This document shows positions 1 to 10,542 of a stretch of 63,972 nt of DNA, one piece after another; positions within the stretch are counted from its first letter, which is position 1; each line of letters starts with the position of its first letter. The stretch is from positions 1 through 63,972 of the forward strand of contig JARLJD010000021.1 of assembly GCA_031291395.1 (NCBI GenBank). Reading direction: 5' to 3'. Source of the DNA: Alphaproteobacteria bacterium. Lineage in GTDB: Bacteria > Pseudomonadota > Alphaproteobacteria > UBA9219. The position numbers were made by a program, and so were the translations under genes. The notes beneath the pieces were generated by a model. It was not told the DNA's origin. It did not search any database and was given only the letters and a program-made list of their open reading frames with translations.

Positions 1-159
1 CCTCCATGGTTTGCGAAAAATCTTTGCTACGGCCAATCTTGACCGGCTATTCGCTTTTCTCCACCAGCTTTTTTCTCCACGCTTGCCTTTGAAACCCCTG
101 CTAAATATGGGGCTTTAAATGCGAGTCGAGTACTATGATTCAGGAGTTAAAAAAATCTC

Positions 160-1548
160 TTAAACCATCTCCTCCGGCCTGACCAGCCTGTCGAAATCTT
201 CCGCCGTCAACAGGCCTAGCGCGACGGCGGCTTCTTTCAACGTCACCCCTTCGCTTTGGGCTTTCTTGGCGATCTTGGCGGCGTTGTCGTAACCGACATG
301 GGGATTAAGCGCCGTCACCAGCATCAAGGATTCGCCCAGCAGTTTTTTGATGCGTTTTTTGTTCGCCTCGATACCGACGACGCAATTGTCGGTAAAGCTG
401 TTCGCGGCGTCGCCCAAAAGGCGGATCGATTGCAAAACGTTGTGGATGATGACGGGCTTGAACACGTTCAGCTCAAAATGGCCGTTCGATCCGGCGATCG
501 TCACCGCGACGTGGTTGCCCATCACCTGCGCCGCGACCATTGTCATCGCCTCGGATTGCGTGGGATTGACTTTGCCCGGCATGATCGAAGAGCCGGGTTC
601 GTTTTCCGGCAACATAATCTCGCCAAAGCCGCAGCGCGGGCCACAGCCGAGTAAGCGAATATCATTGGCGATCTTCATAAAACTTGCCGCCAACGTATTC
701 AGCATGCCCGACGTTTCCACCATCGCGTCGTGGCATGCCAGCGCTTCGAATTTATTCGGCGCGGTGACGAAAGGTTTTCCGGTGATCGCGGCGACCTCTG
801 CGGCAAAAGCCTCGGCAAAGCCTTTCGGTGCGTTCAGACCCGTGCCGACCGCCGTCCCGCCTTGCGCCAACGGATACAAACGCGGTAACACGCTTTGCGC
901 TCTTTCGATACCGAGGCGCAGTTGTTCGGCATAGCCGGAAAATTTCTGCCCCAAAGTCAAAGGCACGGCGTCCTGCAAATGCGTGCGGCCGATTTTGACG
1001 ATGTCTTTGAAAGCATCGGCTTTGGCCGCCAGCGCCGCGCGGAAATGTTCCAGCGCGGGGATCAGAAAATCCTCGATCTCCAGCGCCGCCGCGATATGCA
1101 TCGCGGTCGGAAAACAATCGTTCGAGCTTTGCGCCAGATTGACGTGATCGTTGGGATGAACCGGTTTCTTGCTGCCCTTGACGCCGCCCAGAATTTCAAT
1201 CGCGCGGTTCGAAATAACCTCGTTCGCGTTCATGTTGGTTTGCGTGCCGGAGCCGGTTTGCCACACGACCAGCGGAAATTCCTCATCCCATTTACCCGCG
1301 GCGACTTCGTCGGCGGCTTGCGTAATCGCTTTGCCCAACTTTGCATCCAACGCGCCGATCTTCACATTCACCTGCGCCGCCGCTTTCTTCACGACGCCCA
1401 AAGCGCGGATCATCGGCACCGGCATTTTCTGCCCGCCGATTTTGAAGTTTTGCAAACTGCGCTCCGTCTGCGCGCCCCAGTAATGCGCGGCAGGAACGTC
1501 GATCGGGCCGAAGGAGTCAGTTTCAGTGCGAAGGGAAACTTTGATCAT
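160..1548 (-). CDS. fumC: Fumarate hydratase, class II
   Basis: 462-aa ORF with the fumarase/aspartase signature [16 protein letters not shown] and an N-terminal [12 protein letters not shown]...YWGAQTERS pattern typical of FumC. Confidence 0.95.
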   Translation of the reverse strand: MIKVSLRTETDSFGPIDVPAAHYWGAQTERSLQNFKIGGQKMPVPMIRALGVVKKAAAQVNVKIGALDAKLGKAITQAADEVAAGKWDEEFPLVVWQTGSGTQTNMNANEVISNRAIEILGGVKGSKKPVHPNDHVNLAQSSNDCFPTAMHIAAALEIEDFLIPALEHFRAALAAKADAFKDIVKIGRTHLQDAVPLTLGQKFSGYAEQLRLGIERAQSVLPRLYPLAQGGTAVGTGLNAPKGFAEAFAAEVAAITGKPFVTAPNKFEALACHDAMVETSGMLNTLAASFMKIANDIRLLGCGPRCGFGEIMLPENEPGSSIMPGKVNPTQSEAMTMVAAQVMGNHVAVTIAGSNGHFELNVFKPVIIHNVLQSIRLLGDAANSFTDNCVVGIEANKKRIKKLLGESLMLVTALNPHVGYDNAAKIAKKAQSEGVTLKEAAVALGLLTAEDFDRLVRPEEMV

Positions 1549-1719
1549 GCGGAGGCATTCCTTTCAAAAACACGAATCTTCACCGAAAATTAACGCTGAA
1601 TCCCCCTAAAACCGCAAGGATTAACGGAATGGTAGCCTTTTTGTTGTATGCTTCAAGTTCAAAGAAGCTGCGTCCTGCAAGGTTCTCACTTCGCATCATT
1701 TATGCGAGAAGAGGTTGCC

Positions 1720-2136
1720 ATGGTTCAAGAAATTCGCAAAATCATATTTTCAAACGACGAGCTGTTTTCAGCCTTCAATGCCTATGCTCGAACATCCCCC
1801 AGTTTTTTGCCGCCCGGCAAGCTATGCTCCTGCGCACCAGTAGATCAGGACAGCGGGGGAAGCGCCGTCAAGGTTGAAACGAGTGAACAGAACGTCGTCG
1901 TTCGGGGCGCGGACGTTTTGCGTCCGCTTATTCTTTTCTGTCTGGAAAACAACATCATGTTACCGCGTGAAGGCCGCAAGACGTTTTCAATCGCCAATAC
2001 CAAAGCCGTTCTGACGGTCGAACTTAACCTCGAATATAATCTGGACTCGACCGAAGCGCCGATGACAAGCGAATATGCGCGCCAGATCAAAATCGACGGC
2101 TTCGGCAGCACGCAGGGAGTTGGCGGCAACGCCTGA
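1720..2136 (+). CDS. Hypothetical protein (138 aa from the internal ATG)
   Basis: ORF 1648..2136. The ATG at 1720 is preceded by a purine-rich GAGAAGAGG stretch. I recognise no motif. It is divergent from fumC. Confidence 0.4.
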   Translation: MVQEIRKIIFSNDELFSAFNAYARTSPSFLPPGKLCSCAPVDQDSGGSAVKVETSEQNVVVRGADVLRPLILFCLENNIMLPREGRKTFSIANTKAVLTVELNLEYNLDSTEAPMTSEYARQIKIDGFGSTQGVGGNA

Positions 2137-2156
2137 TCGCAAAAAAGAAGAGAAAA

Positions 2157-2233
2157 TGGGGCGGTCGACGGGACTTGAACCCGCGACAACTCGGACCACA
2201 ACCGAGGGCTCTACCAACTGAGCTACGACCGCC
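2157..2233 (-). tRNA. tRNA-His (anticodon GUG), CCA encoded
   Basis: The reverse complement reads GGCGGTCG-TA-GCTC-AGTTGGTA-GAGC..CTCGG-TTGTGGT-CCGAG..GCGGG-TTCAAGT-CCCGT-CGACCGC-C-CCA. The extra 5' G (G-1) facing C73 is the tRNA-His hallmark. Confidence 0.9.
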
Positions 2234-2441
2234 ATAGGAAAAACAAAACCGCCAGCCCTATAGACCATAAGGCAGGCGGTTGGCAACGCTTGTCTACGTT
2301 TGAACAGGCGATGTTTGCTTAACTCAGCAAAACGCCGCCGACACAACGCCATCCCCCCCCTATAAACCCAAACCCGTCAAATTTGTCAAGCTGTTAGAGA
2401 TGTGCAAGGATTTTTCTAAGGCGATTCAAGTTAAAAATCGG

Positions 2442-2516
2442 CGTCATCCCCGCGAAAGCGGGGATCCGTCTTGGCCGCAAGAAAGAAAGCTGGATCCCCG
2501 CATCGCGGGGATGACG
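2442..2516. repeat. Family A palindromic repeat, copy A1 (inverted pair of GTCATCCCCGCG-loop-GCGGGGATCC hairpins)
   Basis: Left arm CGTCATCCCCGCGAAAGCGGGGATCC, a 24-nt spacer, then right arm GGATCCCCGCATCGCGGGGATGACG. The arms are reverse complements and each arm is itself a hairpin. Confidence 0.85.
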
Positions 2517-2579
2517 ATAGGTGGAAATAATTCGGAGACACTGCAAGACTTTTAACCCCTCAAACAAAGGACTCTCTCT

Positions 2580-3989
2580 ATGCCCAAAACCAACATGATT
2601 TTCGAACTCATCAAAAAGCACGGCGCCCAGTACGTCGATCTGCGCTTTACCGACCCCCGCGGGAAACTTCAGCATGTGACGCAACACGCCGACACGATCG
2701 ACGAGGCGGCCATTGAAAACGGATTGATGTTCGACGGCTCCTCTATCGCAGGATGGAAATCGATCAACGAATCCGACATGATCCTGATGCTCGACACGAA
2801 CACCGCCGTCATGGACCCCTTCTATGCCGAACCGACGCTGGCGGTTTATTGCGACATTTACGAACCCTCGACGGGCGAACCTTATGCCCGCTGCCCGCGT
2901 TCGATCGCCAAGAAAGCCGAGAAATATCTGGTGTCGTCCGGCATCGGATCGCAAGCCTTCTTCGGGCCGGAAGTCGAATTTTTCGTATTCGACAGCGCGC
3001 GCTATTCGACCGATCCTACCCATACCTTCTATCATCTGGACTCCTACGAAAATCCGTCGAACAGCGGCCATGATTATCCCGAAGGCAATCTTGGCCACCG
3101 CCCACGCACCAAAGGCGGCTATTTCCCCGTCAACCCCGTCGACAGCGCGCAGGATCTGCGCACCGAGATGCTGTCGATCATCAAGCAAATGGGCGTCGCC
3201 GTTGAAAAGCATCACCACGAAGTGGCTGCCGCACAGCACGAAATGGGCATCAAATTCGCCCCGCTTTTGAAAAGCGCCGACAACACCCAGATCCTGAAAT
3301 ACGCCGTGCATAACGTCGCGGCAATGTACGGTAAAACGGCGACCTTCATGCCCAAGCCCATCTTCGGCGATAACGGCTCTGGCATGCATGTTCACCAGTC
3401 GATCTGGAAAGGCAATACGCCAGCGTTTGCGGGCAAGGAATATGCAGGGCTTTCGCAAACCGCTTTGCATTACATCGGCGGCATCATCAAACACGCCAAA
3501 GCGTTGAACGCGATCACCAACCCGACCACCAACAGCTACAAGCGTCTGGTGCCGGGCTACGAAGCGCCGGTATTGCTAGCCTATTCGGCGCGCAACCGCT
3601 CGGCGTCGTGCCGCATTCCCTTCGCGAGCAGCCCCAAAGGTAAACGCGTCGAAGTCCGTTTCCCCGACGCGCTTTCCAACCCCTATCTCGCTTTCGCGGC
3701 GATGCTTATGGCGGGTTTGGACGGCATCAAGAACAAGATCGATCCGGGCGAAGCCGCCAGCAAGGATTTGTACCACCTGCCGCCCAAGGAACTGGCCAAA
3801 ATCCCGACCGTCTGCGGTTCGCTGGAAGAGGCAATTAAGGCGCTGGAAAAGGATCACGACTTCCTTTTGCAAGGCGGCGTCTTCTCGGCGGATATGATCG
3901 AAGCCTATCTCGACCTGAAACGCGAAGAATGGGATCGCTTCCGCATGGCTCCGCATCCGGTCGAATTCGATATGTATTATTCGGCGTAA
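2580..3989 (+). CDS. glnA: Glutamine synthetase, type I
   Basis: 469-aa ORF. It begins VDLRFTD..G, contains GSGMHVHQS and [17 protein letters not shown], and ends EFDMYYS, which matches GlnA throughout. Confidence 0.95.
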   Translation: MPKTNMIFELIKKHGAQYVDLRFTDPRGKLQHVTQHADTIDEAAIENGLMFDGSSIAGWKSINESDMILMLDTNTAVMDPFYAEPTLAVYCDIYEPSTGEPYARCPRSIAKKAEKYLVSSGIGSQAFFGPEVEFFVFDSARYSTDPTHTFYHLDSYENPSNSGHDYPEGNLGHRPRTKGGYFPVNPVDSAQDLRTEMLSIIKQMGVAVEKHHHEVAAAQHEMGIKFAPLLKSADNTQILKYAVHNVAAMYGKTATFMPKPIFGDNGSGMHVHQSIWKGNTPAFAGKEYAGLSQTALHYIGGIIKHAKALNAITNPTTNSYKRLVPGYEAPVLLAYSARNRSASCRIPFASSPKGKRVEVRFPDALSNPYLAFAAMLMAGLDGIKNKIDPGEAASKDLYHLPPKELAKIPTVCGSLEEAIKALEKDHDFLLQGGVFSADMIEAYLDLKREEWDRFRMAPHPVEFDMYYSA

Positions 3990-4014
3990 GAGGATCGGGA
4001 TGGCTTGACGAAAA

Positions 4015-4050
4015 GCGCGGGACAGTTTCGCCTGTCCCGCGCTTATTTAT
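4015..4050 (+). terminator. Rho-independent terminator candidate downstream of glnA
   Basis: Stem GCGCGGGACAG / CTGTCCCGCGC with loop TTTCGC, followed by TTATTTAT. It lies 26 nt after the glnA stop. Confidence 0.6.
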
Positions 4051-4065
4051 GCCACAAATCACGCT

Positions 4066-4140
4066 TTTTCGTAGAAGCTGTCCCGTCGCGACCCCTTGTT
4101 TTTACGTCAACAGTCGCGGCTGGAAGCCGCTCCTACGAAA
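4066..4140. repeat. Family B REPIN-like repeat, copy B1 (left arm degenerate, inverted orientation)
   Basis: Right arm GTCGCGGCTGGAAGCCGCTCCTACG is intact. The left arm CGTAGAAGCTGTCCCGTCGCGAC is decayed. The spacer is the reverse complement of the B3/B4/B6 spacer. Confidence 0.7.
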
Positions 4141-4180
4141 GCGTAAATTTAGGCTGGTCGAAGTATCTACGTTCCTTCGC

Positions 4181-6070
4181 CTAATCGCTCCCCTGCTCCC
4201 GCAATTGTTCCAACAAAGCGGCGTCGGTTTTAACCGGAAAAATAGTGCGCAGATATTCCAGATACTGATCCAGTAATTCATTGCCTTCGGATTTCTTAAT
4301 CTCGCCCGCGATTCTGTTCTTGCGCGGATCGGCTTTGACGGCGTCGACATTAACAATGCCGGCAAGACGCGCCACAATTTGCTTGTCGCCCTCCGTCGCC
4401 GTTGCCACCTCGCCTTTTTTGATTTTGAAAACCTGCGCCCTAAGATCCTGCGGCAATCCCGCATCAGTATCGTCCAGCTGCGACAAAGGCGCCGACGTTC
4501 GCGACGTCACGCCTTCGTCGCTGTCAAAAGCCGAAGCCGCTTTGCCATCCCGTAAAGCCTTGGCGATCTTCCCTGCCTCGGCTTCGGCCTTTAGCGCCTG
4601 TTCATGCGCCTTCCATGCCGCAACAACGCGATCCTTCGCCGCCTCGAAAGGCCGAACGCCCGAAGGCGTAATGTTGTCGGTACTCACAATATAATAATTC
4701 CCCTTTTTGTCGTCCTCGACCGGACTGGTATCGCCCACATTCTGGGCAAAAGCATCTTTAAGAATAACGCTTCCGTCCGGCAATTCCTCTGGCTCCTTGC
4801 CGTTTTGCAAGAGTCCCTTGGCGTCGATCCCTGAAATTTTGACAAGATGAAGTTTAAGCTCATTCGCGATATCGTCCAGCGAACGCCCCGCAGCCAGTTG
4901 GTCGTCCAGGCGATTGACGATGCGCGTCGCCTCGTCAATCGCCTGATCGCGGCGCATATCCGCGCGCAATTTCTCCTTGATCGTGTCAAAGCTCGGCACG
5001 CCCGCAGGCGTTATCTTTTTAAGCGCGATCACATGCCAGCCCAGCTGCGTCTTGACGGGCGCGCTTATCTCGCCCTCATGCATCGCGAAAACGACTTTGG
5101 ACAAGTCCGGCATCAGGCTATTTTGTTCTAGCCCGTCAAGCGGAACGGCGCTTTCCTTTTCCTCTTTTGCGGCTCCGGCCAAATCGCCTTGCGCGCGCGC
5201 CTGTTCGGCCAGATGTTTGGCCTTGTCTTCGTTCTCCACAACCACCTGAACGATATCGCGACGTTCAGGTTGCGCCAGTTGGTCGTGCCGGGAATCATAT
5301 TCCTTTTTCAACTGATCGTCGGTGATCGAAACGTCTTTCGCCAAGTCGTCCGTCGAAAGCGACGCCACCGTAAGGCTGCGGTATTCCGGCGCCATAAAAA
5401 GCGCAGGATTGCCGTCATAAAAGGCATGCAACGCCTTGTCATCGGGCGCCGCTATACCGCCGATCTTGCTCGCATCAACCGTCACCACATCAAGAATCCG
5501 CTTTTGCGCTCTGGCCTCGTAGAGCGCATCGACGGCGGTTTGCGACGCGGCGGGTATGCCCTCCAGCGCAGTCAACAAGATCCGGCGGGACAATTCCTGC
5601 CGCTCCTGCGCGATAAAGCCTTGTTCGCTTAATCTTCCGTGCTCCAGAATCTGTTCGAACAGTTGCCGGTTGAAGCTTCCGTCCTTATTGCGAAGCTGCG
5701 GCTGGCTAGCCAGCATTTTCAGTACCGCTTTCTGGCTGGCGTCGATTCCTAAACGCCGAATATCCATATCGATCAATTCGCGCTTGATCTCTTTATCCAA
5801 CGTCTTGTCCAAAAGCCCTATCTGCCGCGCCTGCTGCGCTGTCAGATCCGGGGCGATTTTCTGCCGCGCCTGCGCTAGGGTTTCGTCAAACAAATGATTC
5901 AACTGCTGAACGGAAATGCTTGAATTTCCTACAGTCGCCACAGTCCTTTGCTGCAACGGCTTGCCCCGAAAGATATCGCCAATGCCCCAAATGCTGAAGC
6001 TGATGGTCAAGAACAGCATAAGCCCCTTAACGAGCCACGAATTCATCAGTCGGTGCATCCATTGAAGCAT
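4181..6070 (-). CDS. ppiD: Periplasmic chaperone / parvulin-type peptidyl-prolyl isomerase (PpiD-like)
   Basis: 629 aa with an N-terminal membrane anchor (WLVKGLMLFLTISFSIWGIGDIF), a SurA-N-like region and a parvulin-like segment (EISAPVKTQLGWHVIAL). Confidence 0.75.
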   Translation of the reverse strand: MLQWMHRLMNSWLVKGLMLFLTISFSIWGIGDIFRGKPLQQRTVATVGNSSISVQQLNHLFDETLAQARQKIAPDLTAQQARQIGLLDKTLDKEIKRELIDMDIRRLGIDASQKAVLKMLASQPQLRNKDGSFNRQLFEQILEHGRLSEQGFIAQERQELSRRILLTALEGIPAASQTAVDALYEARAQKRILDVVTVDASKIGGIAAPDDKALHAFYDGNPALFMAPEYRSLTVASLSTDDLAKDVSITDDQLKKEYDSRHDQLAQPERRDIVQVVVENEDKAKHLAEQARAQGDLAGAAKEEKESAVPLDGLEQNSLMPDLSKVVFAMHEGEISAPVKTQLGWHVIALKKITPAGVPSFDTIKEKLRADMRRDQAIDEATRIVNRLDDQLAAGRSLDDIANELKLHLVKISGIDAKGLLQNGKEPEELPDGSVILKDAFAQNVGDTSPVEDDKKGNYYIVSTDNITPSGVRPFEAAKDRVVAAWKAHEQALKAEAEAGKIAKALRDGKAASAFDSDEGVTSRTSAPLSQLDDTDAGLPQDLRAQVFKIKKGEVATATEGDKQIVARLAGIVNVDAVKADPRKNRIAGEIKKSEGNELLDQYLEYLRTIFPVKTDAALLEQLREQGSD

Positions 6071-6315
6071 AACAAACCTTTCAGGCGAACAGAGGGATTC
6101 AGAAAAAACCGATAGAACTTATTTTCTAGCAAGAAACAATATCATATTCCGCAAAAATCGAACATTGGGTGGGAGCGCATGACCGCAAGACGCTCGCCCT
6201 GCCGAAAACCCAAAATTTTAGCGCTTCATCTCGTGACTGGTCGGTGTCCAGATTCGTCAAAAACGTGCGTTAAAAACATGTGTACAAAACAAGAACATTG
6301 ATGTAGTCTCCCCCC

Positions 6316-7716
6316 ATGTCTAAACTTTCTTCTCACTTCGTTTGTCAATCCTGCGGCGCATCGTTCCCTAAATGGGCGGGGAAGTGCGAGGCTTGCGGGG
6401 GGTGGAATTGTTTGGTGGAGGAGGCGGCGAGTTCGGGGCCGCCCAAGGGGCTGAACGACGCCAAGAACCGCGCCAAATCCAATCGCATCGAGTTTGTGCC
6501 TTTGAAAAGCGAGTCCGAACGGGAGATTCCGCGGCGATTGTCGCATATAGGGGAGTTTGACCGCGTGGTGGGCGGGGGGTTGGTTTCTGGGTCTGCGACT
6601 TTGGTCGGGGGCGATCCGGGGATCGGGAAATCGACGTTGCTGCTTCAGGTCGTATGCCGGTTGGCGGCTTTGCATAAGGTCGCTTATATATCGGGCGAGG
6701 AGGCGATTGATCAGGTGCGGCTGCGCGCGGCGCGGTTGGGGTTGGCCGATGCGCCGTGTTCGCTCGCCAGCGAGACGTCGGTGCGGGATATCGTCGCTTC
6801 CGTGGATACGAAGGACGCGCCCGATATTCTGATTATCGATTCCATTCAGACGATGTATGTCGATACGCTCGACAGCGCGCCGGGAACCGTGGCGCAGGTG
6901 CGCACTTCGGCGCAGGAATTGATCCGCATCGCCAAGAAACGCGATATTTCGCTGATTATCGTCGGGCATGTCACGAAAGACGGCACGATCGCGGGGCCGC
7001 GCGTTTTGGAACATATGGTCGACACGGTTTTGTATCTGGAGGGCGACCGCGGGCATCAATTCCGCGTGTTGCGGGGAGTCAAAAACCGTTTCGGTCCGAC
7101 GGACGAAATCGGCGTTTTTGAAATGACCGACAAGGGGTTGCTTGAAGTGCAAAATCCCTCGGCCTTGTTTCTCGCCGACCGGCGCGACGATATGTCGGGC
7201 GCGGCGGTGTTTGCGGGGCTTGAAGGCACGCGACCGGTTCTGGTTGAAATTCAGGCTTTGGTCGCGCCTGCGTCTTATGGCACGCCGCGCCGCGCGGTGG
7301 TGGGGTGGGATAATGGGCGCTTGGCAATGATCCTCGCGGTTTTAGAGGCGCGGTGCGGCGTCGGGTTTGGCAATAACGATGTTTATCTGAATGTTGCGGG
7401 AGGTTTGCGCATCACAGAACCGGCTGCGGATTTGGCCGTGGCGGCTGCCCTTTTGTCTTCCTTGACGGGAGAGCCGGTTCCGGCTTCCTGCGTCGCGTTC
7501 GGCGAAATAGGATTGTCCGGCGAAGTCCGCCGCGTCAGCCAGCCGGAATTGCGTTTGAAAGAAGCCGTCAAACTCGGTTTCACCCAATCGATCATGCCTT
7601 CCAGCGACAAAGCCCGAAACGCCTCCCCCACGCCGATGCTGCGGACGACAGAAATCCGGCAATTAAGCGAACTTCTGCCGCTGTTTCAGGCGGAGGCGCA
7701 GGTGAGACGCGCGTGA
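6316..7716 (+). CDS. radA: DNA repair protein RadA/Sms
   Basis: N-terminal zinc ribbon CQSCGASFPKWAGKCEACGGWN, Walker A GDPGIGKST, the KNRFG motif and a Lon-like C-terminal domain. Confidence 0.95.
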   Translation: MSKLSSHFVCQSCGASFPKWAGKCEACGGWNCLVEEAASSGPPKGLNDAKNRAKSNRIEFVPLKSESEREIPRRLSHIGEFDRVVGGGLVSGSATLVGGDPGIGKSTLLLQVVCRLAALHKVAYISGEEAIDQVRLRAARLGLADAPCSLASETSVRDIVASVDTKDAPDILIIDSIQTMYVDTLDSAPGTVAQVRTSAQELIRIAKKRDISLIIVGHVTKDGTIAGPRVLEHMVDTVLYLEGDRGHQFRVLRGVKNRFGPTDEIGVFEMTDKGLLEVQNPSALFLADRRDDMSGAAVFAGLEGTRPVLVEIQALVAPASYGTPRRAVVGWDNGRLAMILAVLEARCGVGFGNNDVYLNVAGGLRITEPAADLAVAAALLSSLTGEPVPASCVAFGEIGLSGEVRRVSQPELRLKEAVKLGFTQSIMPSSDKARNASPTPMLRTTEIRQLSELLPLFQAEAQVRRA

Positions 7717-7779
7717 AAGCGGAGGAATTTGCCTTGTGCTTATGATCTTTTGGATGTTTTGTCGCGGCGCGTTGTGATA

Positions 7780-7947
7780 TATACTCCGTTTCCTTGAGAA
7801 ACCGAAAAAGGAAGAAAGAAAACAAATGGGATTCCGGATAAATTTTGCGCCCTAAAGGCCGGTTTTTACCTACAGAGTCGGTTGGGGCGCAAAATTTTCC
7901 GGAATGACGGTGTCTCTTTTTTTGTGTTTTCAAGGAGACGGAGTATA
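7780..7947. repeat. Long-range imperfect palindrome (about 170 nt, nested stems) between radA and lolC
   Basis: Outer stem TATACTCCGTTTCCTTG (7780-7796) pairs with CAAGGAGACGGAGTATA (7931-7947). Inner stem ATTCCGGATAAATTTTGCGCCC (7831-7852) pairs with GGGGCGCAAAATTTTCCGGAAT (7884-7905). An A-rich tract faces a T-rich tract in between. Confidence 0.55.
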
Positions 7948-7980
7948 CAAGTTCACTCTTTATTATTCAGAGTCATACCC

Positions 7981-9234
7981 ATGATCTTCTCTCCCTTTGA
8001 ACGCCTTGTCGCTATGCGCTATCTTCGCGCGCGGCGGCAGGAAGGCTTTATTTCGGTTATCACGTGGTTTTCGCTGATCGGAATCGCGCTGGGCGTGGCG
8101 ACGCTCATCGTCGTTATGTCGGTTATGAACGGATTTCGTCAGGAATTATTCCAGCGCGTGATCGGGTTGAACGGGCATATGAATTTGTATGCGATGCAAG
8201 GACCGCTTGACGATTATCAGGCCGTGCTCGACCGCATCAAGAAATTGCCCGACGTCGTCAGCGTCTCGCCCACGGTCGAAGCGCAAGCATTAATTACGCA
8301 CGAAGGCGCCGCGTCGGGCGCCTATGTGCGCGGCGTAACGGCGGAGGCGATTCGCGACCGCCCCACGATCGCTGCGCACATCGCTTCCGGCTCGCTGAAC
8401 GATTTCGGCGATAATGAAATCGCGATCGGCGTGCGAATGGCGCAAAGGCTCGATCTGCGCATCGGGGACACTCTGACTCTCATTTCTCCCGTTAGCAAAA
8501 GCACGGTTTTCGGCTCAGTGCCGCGTTTGCGCGGCTATAAAATCGCGGCGATTTTCGATGTCGGCATGTTTGAGTACGACAACAGTTTTATCTTCATGCC
8601 GTTGCAAGCGGCGCAGGCGTTTTTTAGCACCGGCAGCGGCGTGACCTCTTTGGAAATGTTCGTGCGCGATCCCCAGAATTTGCAGCAAGTCCGCAGCGAC
8701 ATCGTCGCCGCGATAGGCCCCAGCCAGCAGCCTTTTCGCTTGCTCGATTGGCAGCAGAATAATTCCAGCTTCTTCACCGCGCTGCAAGTCGAACGCAACG
8801 TGATGTTCTTGATTTTGACGATGATTATTCTGGTCGCCGCTTTCAATATCATCTCCAGCCTCATCATGCTGGTCAAGGACAAGGGGCGCGACATCGCCAT
8901 TATGCGCACAATGGGCGCGACGCGCGGCATGATTATGCGGATTTTCTTTTTGAACGGCTCGTTCATCGGCGTGGCCGGAACCTCGACGGGGTTGGTTTTG
9001 GGACTGTTCATCGCCCGCCATATCGAAGGCTTGCGCCAAATCGTTCAGGCCGTGACGCATACTGATCCGTTCGCGCCTTCCGTTTATTTCCTGACCCACA
9101 TGCCCTCGGTCGTCGATTGGCACGATGTTACGCATGTGGTGATTATGGCGCTCACGCTTTCGTTCCTCGCGACCTTGTATCCGGCGTGGCGCGCCGCGAA
9201 ACTCGATCCGGTGGAGGCGTTGCGTTATGAGTGA
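7981..9234 (+). CDS. lolC: Lipoprotein-releasing system permease (LolC/LolE family)
   Basis: The start MIFSPFERLVAMRYLRARRQEGF is the typical LolC/E N-terminus. It has MacB-like periplasmic and FtsX-like C-terminal regions. The track ORF begins at 7882 but the upstream part lies in the palindromic region. Confidence 0.85.
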   Translation: MIFSPFERLVAMRYLRARRQEGFISVITWFSLIGIALGVATLIVVMSVMNGFRQELFQRVIGLNGHMNLYAMQGPLDDYQAVLDRIKKLPDVVSVSPTVEAQALITHEGAASGAYVRGVTAEAIRDRPTIAAHIASGSLNDFGDNEIAIGVRMAQRLDLRIGDTLTLISPVSKSTVFGSVPRLRGYKIAAIFDVGMFEYDNSFIFMPLQAAQAFFSTGSGVTSLEMFVRDPQNLQQVRSDIVAAIGPSQQPFRLLDWQQNNSSFFTALQVERNVMFLILTMIILVAAFNIISSLIMLVKDKGRDIAIMRTMGATRGMIMRIFFLNGSFIGVAGTSTGLVLGLFIARHIEGLRQIVQAVTHTDPFAPSVYFLTHMPSVVDWHDVTHVVIMALTLSFLATLYPAWRAAKLDPVEALRYE

Positions 9235-9919
9235 GAGGGAAGGGCAAGCGGTTTTGCAGCTTTGCGGGATCACGCGCGCGTTCGAACAGGCGGGCGAGCC
9301 GTTGCAGGTGTTGCGCGGATGTTCTTTGGCCATTCATGCTGGAGAAACCGTGGCGCTGATCGGCCCTTCCGGTTCCGGCAAGTCGACCTTGTTGCACAGC
9401 GCGGGGCTTTTGGAAAAACCCGACGCGGGGCAGATTATCATCGGCGGGCAGGATGCGATGAAGCTGGACGACGGCGGGCGCACGGCGCTGCGCCGCCGCA
9501 CGATCGGTTTTGTTTATCAATTTCACCATCTGTTGCCGGAATTCTCGGCGCTGGAGAACATCGTTCTGCCCCAAATGATCGCGGGCGCGACGCGCAAAGC
9601 CGCCGAACGCCGCGCGCGCGATTTGCTGGACATGACAGGGCTGACGCCCCGCGCCAATAACCGCCCGGGCAAACTATCCGGCGGCGAACAACAACGCGTG
9701 GCGATCGCCCGCGCTTTGGCGAATAACCCGCAGTTACTGATAGCCGACGAGCCAACCGGCAACCTCGACCCCGCCACGGCTGAGCGCGTATTTGAAATTC
9801 TGCAGAACTTAGTTCAGTCCCAACACCTGTCCCTTCTGATGGCCACCCACAACCACGACCTCGCCCGTAAGATGGGGCGCGTGGTGGAAATCAGGGATGG
9901 CCATTTGTCGGAAATCTAA
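9227..9919 (+). CDS. lolD: Lipoprotein-releasing system ATP-binding protein
   Basis: ABC ATPase with Walker [10 protein letters not shown], signature [15 protein letters not shown] and Walker B LLIADEPT. It overlaps the lolC stop by 8 nt. Confidence 0.9.
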   Translation: MSEREGQAVLQLCGITRAFEQAGEPLQVLRGCSLAIHAGETVALIGPSGSGKSTLLHSAGLLEKPDAGQIIIGGQDAMKLDDGGRTALRRRTIGFVYQFHHLLPEFSALENIVLPQMIAGATRKAAERRARDLLDMTGLTPRANNRPGKLSGGEQQRVAIARALANNPQLLIADEPTGNLDPATAERVFEILQNLVQSQHLSLLMATHNHDLARKMGRVVEIRDGHLSEI

Positions 9920-9988
9920 AGCGATCGTCACACCGGACACGTTTTATGACCCTACTCATGAACCCGAATCCTAACATCGAAAAACAAA

Positions 9989-10522
9989 ATGCTTCTTTTC
10001 TACGCAACCCGCGACGGGCAATCGAGGCGCATTGCTGAGCGGATTGCGGCTAGACTTGCAGAGGCGGGGATCGGCGCAACGGCGTTGGATTTGGCGGAGA
10101 AACTGCCTGCGGCGGGAGATTTGGCTCGCGCTTGCTTGCTTGTGGTCATTGCCTCGGTTCGCTACGGCTATCCTTTGCCGGAGTCGGAGCGGTTGATTTC
10201 GCTTTACAACGCCCTGCCCGACCCGCCGCGGCTGGCGCTTGCCTCGGTGAATCTGACGGCGCGCAAGCCGAACAAGAACACGGCGCAGACCAATCCTTAT
10301 TTGCGCAAATGGATCAAGCGCCGCAAGCTTAATCCGGCGCTGGCGACGGCTTTTGCCGGATGTCTTGATTATCCGCATTATCGTTGGATCGACAGGCAGA
10401 TCATCCGGCTTATCATGACGATGACCGGCGGCGAAACAGATCCCAAAGCGCAGATTGAATATACAAACTGGGGCGCGGTGGACGCGTTCGCGGCACAGAT
10501 TATCGCGTTGATTGCAGGGTAG
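9989..10522 (+). CDS. hemG: Protoporphyrinogen IX dehydrogenase, menaquinone-dependent (flavodoxin-like HemG)
   Basis: 177 aa. It begins LLFYATRDGQSRRIAE and contains VIASVRYG, SVNLTARKPNKNTAQTNPYLRKW, YPHYRWIDRQIIRLIMTMTGGETD. From memory this is collinear with E. coli HemG. Confidence 0.85.
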   Translation: MLLFYATRDGQSRRIAERIAARLAEAGIGATALDLAEKLPAAGDLARACLLVVIASVRYGYPLPESERLISLYNALPDPPRLALASVNLTARKPNKNTAQTNPYLRKWIKRRKLNPALATAFAGCLDYPHYRWIDRQIIRLIMTMTGGETDPKAQIEYTNWGAVDAFAAQIIALIAG

Positions 10523-10542
10523 CGCCTCTTTCATCATTATAT

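Noticed and set aside
2281-2296. Sigma-54 promoter (TGGCA-N-TTG) upstream of glnA.
   Set aside because: Spacing between the GG and the would-be GC elements is two nucleotides too short, and the -12 GC is absent. The site is also about 300 nt from the glnA start.
2394-3494. A 366-aa ORF on the minus strand opposite glnA. Similar long antisense ORFs lie opposite radA (6226-7152), mgtA (17059-17967), the permease (21261-22259), gyrB (29667-30407, 29788-30717, 30591-31625), the polysaccharide genes (41681-42673, 42750-43778), trxB (52815-53588) and icmO (63039-63785).
   Set aside because: Each lies antisense to, or out of frame within, a gene with unambiguous family motifs. Their products are Arg/Gly/Ala/Pro-rich low-complexity strings typical of shadow ORFs in GC-rich DNA.
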